A stretch of DNA of 64,000 nucleotides from Lingula anatina. Its lineage: Eukaryota; Animalia; Brachiopoda. The notes under the pieces were generated by a model. That model was not told where the DNA came from. It made no database searches and was given only the letters and a program-made list of their open reading frames with translations. The position numbers were made by a program, and so were the translations under genes. Location: positions 17,360,001 through 17,424,000 of the forward strand of contig CM120640.1 of assembly GCA_051362555.1 (NCBI GenBank), in the 5' to 3' direction. Shown one piece after another: positions 14,001-23,778 of the stretch (positions within the stretch are counted from its first letter, which is position 1; every line of letters starts with the position of its first letter).

Positions 14001-17000
14001 GTTGAGGTGAACACTTCAGAGGATTTTAGTCCCTCGTCAGAACAGATCACAGAGGAATTAGGAAAATGTGGTGAAGAAGTTCATGTCTGCACAGAAATAC
14101 CTTGCCTGAACTGTTCGAATGGAGGAGAAACAGCTATTCCACTTGAACTAAAAGTTGACTCAATGTCTCTGACACATGAACAGCAGGGAACAGAAGAAAC
14201 AGTCTGTGGGGATGCCACATTGCCTTCAACTCTTTCCCCAACCTTAGAATCTGCTGAATCTGCAGATGTTGCTTTTGAAGGAGATAAGTTTCTTCATGGC
14301 CAGGATGAAGTGTCACAGGGAGAAGTTCATGAACAAGATGAACAGCATCTGGAGATTGAACCTAAAGTTTGTGACGAAAAAAAGAACATGATTGACTCAG
14401 CTGTTGATAGAGATAAGAATACTGATTTATTGCTGGACTGTTTGTTGATAGATAAGGTGGAGGTGGAAGGAGAGGATGAACAGGCTTTGATTCAGGAAAT
14501 ATGTGGCTCTGACTCAGACCAGTGAGTGATGTTGTGAATAAATAGCATGCAATAGGTTCAGAATTTAAAATGTTAAAAATGTAGAAAGTATAAGAAAACA
14601 ATTGTTGTCAAATAGCAATGTTTTGAATTTTTCTCAAGGTAATTTCAGATAATATAAGCTTCTTTTCCTTGCTGTGCTTCTCTTTATCAGTACTTTCTGC
14701 GTCCTGTTCTGTATTATGTTAGCTTCCATTTCTTTGCTTTCTTTGTTGTAGACTGAGTCTATCTAGTCTTCATAGTAGCGAATCTATGTCAGATAACGCA
14801 GTCCTCGACTTCCTTGGGCTGGGGTATGTAAAGTGTGAGCTGTGTCATACAAACAATTACTAGTCACACCCAACACAATCTAGAGGTACATCTAACACAG
14901 TCACCTGTGTACACCTGTCGCACTTCCTTTTTACTACAGTTATCAAATGCATGGATTTTAAGAAAAAATGATAAAAGTTATCCAGTGCTGTCACTCAGAG
15001 CATGTCAGCAGTAGGATGGGTTCACAGTTGCAGTGTACATAAAGAAAAACACTTTATTATTGAACCTGTTCAAAGCATGTTTCTGTGGTTAGAACTTTTG
15101 ATGGGTTATTTCATGGCAGATTCGCTGGTTGAGGGCTTGTAGATTTGTTCTTGAAGTGTTTTGACTTTTTCACATAGAAGTGTGCATTAAGTTTGTAAGA
15201 CCAGCAGTATTTGTTCCTAATACAAATTGATAGTTTGCTGGCAGATGCATGTAGTTTAGAAATTGAGTTTTTTCTGATATCTTACTTTATATATGTGGAT
15301 ATTCCAGGACAGAGCAGTGATAACAAGGAATTCGCAGAAGACCACTACACAGGATATGTAGTAGGATATTTTTCCTCAGTTTAGTTTATTTCTTTGGCAC
15401 ATCTGTTGTGCTATTCGTTGATTTTGTTTTCATAAATCAAAAACATTCATTTATATCCCAATTTGTGCACATATTTAAATTTTTGCCTTACAGTTTTGTG
15501 ATTGTATGTTTTATATTTTTTGTCTGATTTAAAATGATATATTTCATATGTATGGCTGATTTATTTAATGGTAATGCTTTTCAGGGATTGTTGATATTTT
15601 GATGATGAAAGTGTTTTTCATGCCAATGAATTGTTCAAGTGTGACATATTGAATTCTTGAGTTTTGCTATTAGATTTCTGTTCAAACAGTCTATGCCATA
15701 TTCTTGCCTATCTCAATATTTAAACATTTTGATTATTTAATTATGTTAAAATTGCAGTTATTTTCAGAAATTGGCAGCTAATAGAAATTGGCAGCTATTT
15801 CTGTCCATTTCTTGAGGTTGTGACATGCCACAATAGAATGATTCCTACAGTGCAACAGAAGATTGATAAACATGTGTTTTCTATCCTTAGGTCAGAGAGT
15901 GAACTTGAAGATGAAGTGTATAGAAATAAAGAAGAGGAAGAGGAGGAAGAAGAAGAGGAGGATGAATTACAGCGATCCATGAATGAGACATACAAACTTG
16001 CTGATACTTGGAATTTGAGGCATTCCATGGAGAATTTGCTGGAAAAGATGGATGCTGAGGAGGAGGAGGAGGAGGAGGAAGGGGATGAGGAAGTAGAAGA
16101 TGAGACTGAGGAGGAAAGTGAGGAAGAAGAGACAGAATCTGAAAGTGAAGAAGGTAGCCTAATGGTTGTCTTAGAGAATTTCACATAAATTTCAAAATTA
16201 ACTTATGTAAAATTAAGAGAATTTGTGCAGTTATAGATGCTCATAAAAGTTCAACAGAAGCTGTGAAGCAATACTGTAACTGCTAAGTTTTAATATGTCA
16301 CATTTTGAAGCTAGAATAACATAAGATCGCTTGCAAAATTTACCTCACTCTTAAGTAAAATTCAATGTTATGACCCATGGTTGTGTGTATTTCATTTTAG
16401 AAGAGGAAGTACCCCCAGTCACTAAGCAATCCCCAGTTGATGATGGCAAGAAATCACTGGCAGCCAAAATGAAGGCCAAAGCAGCATTCCTGATGGAGGC
16501 TCCCAAACCAGTGAGGCTTGACCCAAACAAAGTGTTCAACGCTCCCTCCTCCCCACCACCCCCTGCTTTTGCTCCTCTGAGTGTGTACTGTGATACAGAC
16601 AGTGATGTCAACAAGTTGTTTGATGGTAAAACCGAAGAGGTCATGGTTGGGGATGACAGCAGTCTGAGAAAAGCAAAGGAAAATAAGAAACAATCACCTG
16701 TAAAAACACCAAATTCTGATAAATCTAAAGGAAAAACTCCATCCCCAAAGAAAACTCCATCTCCAAAGAAATCTCCAGTGACTCCAGTTAGTGAGGTGTT
16801 CATAACTGGGAGAGAGAGGAGGCAGAAAAAAGTGAAGAAAAATAAAGCATCAGACTCTAGTCTCACTATCTCTACTCCCAGTGGATCTATTCATTCATCT
16901 TCAAGCTCACTTGATACAGATTTAGTGGAATATAATAAACGCTTATTGGATGTTGACACCCAAAACTTGACTCTTAGCCGTACTTTAGAAAGAAATCTTG

Positions 17001-20000
17001 CAGAGGAAAGCTTAAATACTAGTTTCCAAAGTGTTGAAAATGAGGGTAAAATGGACACATCTGGTGACAGTGTGTACTTGACTCCTAATAATGTGGAGAA
17101 GAGTCCCACTCATACCAAGAAGACATCTGGTAGGTCAAGTTCAAGGTCGGGTTCAAGGTCTGGCAGCTCCAGTCCTGTCAAATCACCAACACAAAAACGT
17201 ATTGACAATGAATTTACCAAAAACATTGAAACAAAGACGGATTTGCCTATGAATCAGAGGAAACAAAAGCTTAAACTGGAACTTGATTCATCTCTTTTGA
17301 AGTCTGATTCTGATGAAGAAGAAAAGTATCCTTCCAATTCCACGTATGAAGCAGAGGTTGGACGAAAGAAAATTAAGGCAGACACTTTACTTAAGGATAT
17401 GAGTTACGTTCCTAACACTCCAACCCCTATTGATGAAACTGCAATACCTTTTGCAGACCAGAGTCCTGAACATAAAAAACCACAAGACGTGTTTCACACT
17501 CCTGACACATCAATGAAGAAAAAACCTGCAGATTCACAGTCTGAAGTTCCCAAGACTAGACGAGTTCTGCCTGCCATTCCAGCCAATATCAAATCACCCA
17601 GTCAGTTGGGAACCAGTACCCTGGAACGAATCAAGCGATCTGGTGAAGCAGAAAGAGAAAAGCTTCGTGCACAAGCACGTCTGCGTGCCAGGTTGAAGAG
17701 CAACGAAGAGCTGGGTCTGAGGGAAGGTTATACACCCCGGAAATCTGGTGGCAGAATTCGCTCCAGTGACAGCTCAGGGGCAGAAAGCATGTCACCCACA
17801 AAAGACATTTCAACCATACAGGAAATGCATGCCGAGACTGGAGGTATACCAGGCCTAACTAAGATTGAAGAGAAGTTGGGTAGGACTCAGTCCCCTCTTG
17901 AACAGGATGATGTGTTTGCCACTAGTCCAGTGTCACTTGATGACATTACCATAGGGGACACAGATGATGAGACAGACAGAGGCCTCTTGCAGGAATCTCA
18001 AACCAGCAGTGGTGCAACTTGGTTTGTGGATGACAAGCCAGGGTTAGCAAGGACAATCTCATCTGAACCTGAGCACACAGGGGAGAATGGTTCGTGTGGA
18101 AAGCCAGAGTCTGCAGGGGATTTGGGCTCCACAGGGGGTCTCGGCTCCACAGGAGAGCTGGATTCTGCCGATCACATTGCTCAACAAAATGGAAAGAAAT
18201 CAAAGAAAAAGAAGAAGAAGGAGAAAAAAGAAAAGGAAAAGAAAATTAAAACCCCGAGACATGAAAATGGAGAAGTTGATTCCACAGAGGAGAAGAAAGA
18301 TAAAAAGAAAGACAGAAAATCTATATTTTCACTTATTTTGCCTTCTAGTAAATCTGGTGAAGGTAAAGATAAATCCAAGGATCGTAAATCCAAGTATAAA
18401 GTTCCAGAAAGTTCTTCAGAACCACAAACTCCTCAGACTCCAGACTCTGAACTTGAAGTCTCCATGAAAGACAAATCATCCAAACTACGGTTCAGAAAGA
18501 ACAAAGACAAAGCAAAAACACCAGACTCTGAAACCCCTAGAGGTAAAACCAAATCCAAAGGCAAGGACAAAAAGAAGGGGAAGAAATTGAAGGATGTTAT
18601 GGACGAGGAAGGGGCTTTGAGCTCCAAAGTGAAGGACATGACCCTGCAGGAAGAAGTGTTTGTCCATGGAGACAAGACGTACACCAGGGCTGGTCTGCTT
18701 TCCAGTGGAGGCTCTGTGGAAGAGAAAGTTGTGGCACCCACAGCAGACGGTAGGATCAAATGCTGTGTTTTATTTCAAAGAAAAAGGCTTTAGGGCATTG
18801 GGGTTCAGTAGGATGCAAAATATGATCTTCTTTGATTAAGTGATTTCAGTCTGTTATTTTGGAGCAAGGCTTCATTAAGGAATGATTTTAAAGCAATGTA
18901 GAACAGATGGTGGTTGCTGTTTGGTTTTTGTACTCTATCATTACCATGCCTTGTTTTCAGAGGATGACTTCAGTGAAACAGATAGTGAAATGGACTACGA
19001 AACTACAGGCAGATCTAATGTAAGTGGTCTAAAAACTGATGTTTAGTTGTAATATCTTTCCAGATCTGTAAAAAATGTCATGAATTATCTTCAATTAAAT
19101 AATAATGCACTGCTGAGATAATTTCTCTCCAGGTTCTTTGCCATACAAATTTTATTTTTGCTAACAGCAGGGTGCACCATATGCACACACAGGAAAATTT
19201 CATTGTCAAGAAATCTTACATTAAATGAGATGAAAGTTAATCATAAGTGTCTTAATTTTCTCCCTACAGCACCGTGCTCCCCTCACAGAGGAAGAGTTCA
19301 GTGCCAAGGTGGCCAGGCGTGTCCAGAAAGCTGCCCGCCAGCAGCAGCGCAGTCGCGAGTTGAAGCGTCTCCGCATGGCTCAAGAGATTCAGAGGCAGCT
19401 AGAAGAGGTGGAGGTGAAGCAAAGAGAGCTGGAGGACAGAGGAGTCATGGTGGAGAAAGCACTGAGAGGAGAGGGTCCAGGTGAGAGACACAGTCACACC
19501 TGTAACTGTGACTTAGCTAACACAATGTCACAATCAGGGTACAACAGAATTTTACGTCTCTAACACAATGTTATTGATAGTACATATTCCAACATACAAG
19601 ATCATCTACCAACAGTATATCCAACATTCTCACTGTTAAAACAATATGATCCCAGCTCCATGTCAGCTGCAATACACTTTTATTCCAAGCATCTCTTCTG
19701 AGATTGACATGATCTGTAATGCTTTTTTTCTTGCATCTTGTTTGCATTTTGTGGATTTTGTTTGCAGTATGACTATATAATGGGAATGGATTATTATTTT
19801 ATATCAATAACTAAAGGATAATTGAAGTGGTTTAAGAGCTTGAGATGCAGTAGTGGATTTTGCCTTTATTCTTGTATTCTAGGCAAGTTGTACCGCAAAC
19901 TGTCTAAAGGTATGCTGCTTTCAGAATGGGCTTCCTCTGTTGCAGTGCTGCCTTGAATATCTTGCATTCAAATGTTTTTTCACCCATATTTTGTGCTAAC

Positions 20001-20572
20001 AATCTCACCATATTAACCACTATTGATAAAAAATTCTAACTTATTGATGAAGTTGAGTTTTACTTGTGACATTCAATTAATGATTGAACCTTATGCTGTA
20101 GCTAGCAGTGTTGACAATACTAATAATATCATTGTAAACCTCCCATCTAAACCTTCTCATGGGACATTAAATTCTCATGTGATTTAAATGTTTCCTTTTA
20201 AATAGATTTAAGTAACAATTAGCATAGATTTAAGTAACAAACAGTAGAAAAAAATTAGTAGATACACATATTTAGTATTATTGACATACTAGACTTAAGT
20301 AATGCAATGTTTCTAAAACAGATAAAGGAAAATATCACTGCTATTTTTGCTGTTGCTTTCAAACCAGCATGAAATATGTATTACAGAGCACAAAGTCTTT
20401 TTCTATTGGCACCAGTATTAACCATGCAGCATGTAACCTGATGAACCTTGCGGAATATGACAATCACCATTACTAAGCATGCACAATGCCACAGCTATGT
20501 GCAAACTAAAGCAAACTTATTTAACAATGATATGATGCATGGTATAGCAACCACGTACAAATTGATCACATT

Positions 20573-20632
<60 letters not shown>

Positions 20633-22079
20633 GCTTATCATTCCATGTATTTTCCCCTCCTCAACATCTTTACTCAGTAGTGAGCCTTTGTTTTCCTTTT
20701 TTAAAGAGAAAAAAAACAGGCACTTGCACCATATCTCGATACTATGGACTCAAACTTGCAGCAGTAGCCTTGAAAAAATGTTTTATGAAAGATGGATGTT
20801 AAGGAGGAGAAAAACATTGTATAATGTCCCTTTAAGCACATGCTAGCCTGTCATAACTGTATGTTTACTTTTGTTGAATTGTTGTTTCAGAAGCAAGGCG
20901 TGATGAAAAGGAACTGATGCAGGAATGGTTCAATCTGGTCCACGAGAAAAATGTCCTGGTTAGATACGAGTCTGAGCTCATGGTCAGGTAAGCAGTCAAG
21001 CTAATCTGCAATAGTGAACGAATAATCCAGAAAATACAAAAATAAACTGAAAGATATAGAATCTGAATTATTTTTGCTTCGAGAGTGTTATAAAATATTT
21101 TATTTTAAAATAAACCCAAGTTTTTGTGTACTATTGCAACTGTAGAAAATGTAGTCATTCACAATTTTAGATACATATGTTCCGAGGCTGATTTTATCCT
21201 ATCCTGTTCCATTTTAGGGCCAAGGAACTGGAGCTGGAGGATAGGCATGGAAGGTTGGAGCAGGCTCTTAGAGAGAAAATGGCCATTGATGGTATGACTA
21301 GCAATTAATTTAAGTATGTTTAGCCACAGTAGATCCAGAAAGGAGTGGTTTTGAATAGGAATAAATAACAAGGAATAAGGAATTTGATGAAGCACTTGTT
21401 TTCGTCAGATTTTTGTCAAAAATCTTTGAGGTTTTACTTTAACTGCTTTGAAGTTGAATTCTGGTTTGAATTTGCAGACATGAGGAAAACCACAGAGGAA
21501 ATTGAAGCAGAGAAGAAGATTCTTGATGAACTTTTGGAAGTGGTTGAACAGAGAGATGCCTTGGTGGCACTACTGGAAGAGGATAGACTTAGGTATGCCA
21601 CATTATTTGCTTTTGGTTTACTCAGAATATATATGGAACAAAGTTGAATGGTTCCTTTCTCTGCTATCATTTTTATTTGCAACTGATTTGTGAAAATAAA
21701 GTTAAGGTAGCCTTAATGTTGAATTTTAAAGCAAAAACAGAAATAGTCAGAATTGCATTGCCTTGTTTTATATATCCCCATTTCCACAATTAAAATACGC
21801 TCACAAGTCCTCTGTTCTGCACTGCACATTAAAGTGAAAAATTTGCAGCATGTAGTGATAGCGTAGGAAAGTACCGGTGTACTTCAAGTATTTTCCTATG
21901 TTTGATATGAATTTAGGTAATATTTTAGAAATTTAAGCAGCTTTTTACCTCTTTAAAAATTGGATTATTCCAGAGAGCAAGAAGAGGACCAGGACCTTCA
22001 AGAAATGATGAAGACAAAAGGCTTTGCATTATCTCCTATCAGTTACAGCAAAAAGTTAAAACCTGCACAAACTATGTAA
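1..22079 (+). CDS. MICAL: MICAL family [F-actin]-methionine monooxygenase, 5'-truncated by the window edge (MO, CH, LIM, acidic low-complexity linker, bMERB/Rab-binding coiled coil)
   Basis: Predicted exons: <1-252, 494-751, 1041-1246, 1553-1671, 2158-2308, 2751-2799, 3040-3187, 3320-3456, 3718-3813, 4083-4292, 4552-4744, 4915-4982, 5238-5280, 5492-5660, 6088-6153, 9555-9791, 10149-10220, 10999-12252, 12503-12562, 13646-14521, 14752-14823, 15891-16153, 16401-18749, 18961-19019, 19270-19480, (19883-19909), 20891-20987, 21218-21291, 21478-21592, 21974-22079 (TAA). All introns are GT-AG and phase-compatible. Motifs: [52 protein letters not shown] (MO); [13 protein letters not shown] and [11 protein letters not shown] (CH); [24 protein letters not shown] (LIM); [18 protein letters not shown] and [23 protein letters not shown] (bMERB). 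Confidence 0.96.
2158..3187 (+). CDS. MICAL: MICAL calponin-homology (CH) domain exons
   Basis: Exons 2158-2308, 2751-2799 and 3040-3187 give [82 protein letters not shown]. Confidence 0.92.
4552..4982 (+). CDS. MICAL: MICAL LIM zinc-finger domain exons
   Basis: CxxC..H.xC..C..C..(FY)C..H spacing across exons 4552-4744 and 4915-4982. Confidence 0.92.
6701..8917 (+). mobile_element. Non-autonomous Helentron/HINE (DINE-1-like) element in a MICAL intron
   Basis: Starts in a T-run. 5' hairpin atgtacagacac-agat-gtgtctgtacat (6705-6732), then a (gtcgcc)n microsatellite, ~159-bp tandem core repeats (tcaagttcgaaaatc at 6882, 7041, 7200) and ~335-360-bp repeats (tggcattt.. at about 7665, 8027, 8360, 8697). 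The 3' end has a subterminal tgtctgtacat plus a small hairpin cagc-ttt-gctg followed by ttgtt. A second copy starts at 27381. Confidence 0.8.
6850..7262 (+). repeat. Tandem ~159-bp repeat (about 2.5 units) inside the HINE-like element
   Basis: tcaagttcgaaaatc.gcat.atcgggcca.tatt...gttatgctgttttttcac recurs with a 159-nt period. Confidence 0.9.
16401..18749 (+). CDS. MICAL: MICAL 2.35-kb Ser/Pro/Lys-rich low-complexity exon
   Basis: Lies within the 807-aa ORF; ttttag acceptor at 16400, g|gtagg donor at 18749. The segment [23 protein letters not shown] resembles a motif I recall from MICAL3/Drosophila Mical (ARxKSDEELGL). Confidence 0.88.
19270..22079 (+). CDS. MICAL: MICAL C-terminal bMERB (Rab-binding, autoinhibitory) domain exons
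   Basis: [65 protein letters not shown]; [11 protein letters not shown]; [16 protein letters not shown]; [26 protein letters not shown]; stop TAA at 22077-22079. Confidence 0.93.
20577..20629. repeat. (AT)n microsatellite in a MICAL intron
   Basis: Uninterrupted atatat run of about 52 nt. Confidence 0.97.
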
Positions 22080-23208
22080 TATCTGAATTAAGATCACATC
22101 GTCATCCTCACCTAAAGCTACAAGTATATAAAATAATATGTATAATCTGTGCTTCAAATAAAGTTGGGTTAACTCCTGGTTACAGCAGTTCTCTGTAAGG
22201 TGACAGGTCACTGAATTGTTGGACTCGAAACTAAACTGATACATTTGGTCTTACTACCCAAATGTAATCATCTGCAACAACATTCTGCAACTTTTTTGTG
22301 GAAAAGTCCAGAAATACCATTGTTCAGTAAGTGGCTCTTGTTTTTATTGCACAATTTCTCACTAGATTTTTTATGTTAAATGTAAAATTACATATCTGCC
22401 AAAACTGTTTCTACTTCTCACATTTTGAAGGAAAAATGAAAATGTGATTTAATGGTACGTATGTATGTATGATGTAATATTTTTGAGGGTCAGGTACTAA
22501 GCTTGATAATGTCCTGTAATGTACATATTGTTTACTCTGGTTTATAGAAGGGTTGGGGTTTGTTATTTTATCACATTTCCTAAGAGATGAATTATGACCA
22601 CATTTTGGTTGTGAGAGATGAGGTGCAATGTGGATGATAAACAAGTTTTCCCATTTTTGCTGTATGAGCATTAGATCTTGTAGGGTTGCTTAATAATATA
22701 CTTCAACCTTTTTGTGATGTATAAAATGTAGGATGGAGGATCATATTTACTTTTGCCAGTAGGTATATCACTTGATAATGACAGCATATGGGACAGTCAT
22801 CCAAATCATAAGGGTGCAAGTTGCAACCAAATGTTATCCCAAATCTTTGATCTCCACAACATGCCACAGTAGTTTACATAATACAGAGCAGTATGCCATA
22901 AATATGATATGAGGATAATTGAGCTTGGTTAGACATTATAAAAGTGTATAATTAAATATTTTGTTTATGTATTTTGAATCAGTTTTTGATTGAAGAGGTT
23001 CTTCTATTGTAAATACTGGATCCTCTAATATATAAGCACCAGTAGTAAGCTTTATCCTCTGTCCTGTTTTGAGTGCCATGGTAGGTCAATTGTTATATAT
23101 AAACACGTGGATAGTCTCAGTTTTATATATAGTAATATATATTGTGTGGACAAAAATTCATGTGATATCTGTATATAATCATACAATGCATCAAGTCTCA
23201 GCAATCTC

Positions 23209-23214
23209 AATAAA
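23209..23214 (+). terminator. Candidate MICAL polyadenylation signal
   Basis: AATAAA about 1.1 kb downstream of the stop, followed by T/GT-rich sequence. An earlier AATAAA occurs near 22157. Confidence 0.45.
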
Positions 23215-23778
23215 TTTTGTTTCTTTCAGATCCTTGTTCTGTTTTACAAACTCAACTTACTTCTTTAGGACTAAATAAAACAAATGTAACAAATATTTTT
23301 AAGCTATACTTTTCAACATCTATAAATGAATACATAAATGTGAGCAATTAATCGATTTCAAAAAAAAAAAATTCCATATTGCACAATTAGTCAAATAAAT
23401 TATTCAAATCAACATTTGTTACACATATGTAGCCCTCTGAATTAAAGCCGTGACAATACACAATACACAAATTATGGAATTATGACAACATGTACCAAGA
23501 TTGAGTAACTGCTGCTTTCACAGCTGTGTAAGTTGATCGCAAAACCTGCAAGTCCTGGTAAAGTCCATACAACATAATGGGGATTTTAAGTGAGGATATA
23601 CATCAATTATAAAATTTATTAAATGTAAGGAATAAAATAATTGATTTTGGAAACACATTTAGACATTTTTGCACAATAATTATTTCATTTGAGACTACAC
23701 ATTGTTCTCTTACAGAACACAGAAAAAAGTTCATTACATTTTCTAATTATCTAATTTTCAGTTAAACTAAATCTTACT

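Noticed and set aside
5661-14525. In-frame stops immediately after the phase-2 donors of the large exons as designed truncation signals
   Set aside because: An automatic consequence of gtaag/gtgag donors in phase 2.
11029-18759. Antisense ORFs over MICAL exons (e.g. 11029-11463, 15795-16184, 16351-16866)
   Set aside because: Shadow frames of low-complexity coding sequence with no independent signals.
11018-18793. The 412-, 300- and 807-aa ORFs as independent or nested genes
   Set aside because: Each is bounded by phase-compatible splice sites and lies between the MICAL LIM and bMERB exons.
19768-19772. Acceptor tttgcag at 19767 giving V-stop inside bMERB
   Set aside because: No supporting donor or poly(A) evidence; cannot be distinguished from a cryptic site.
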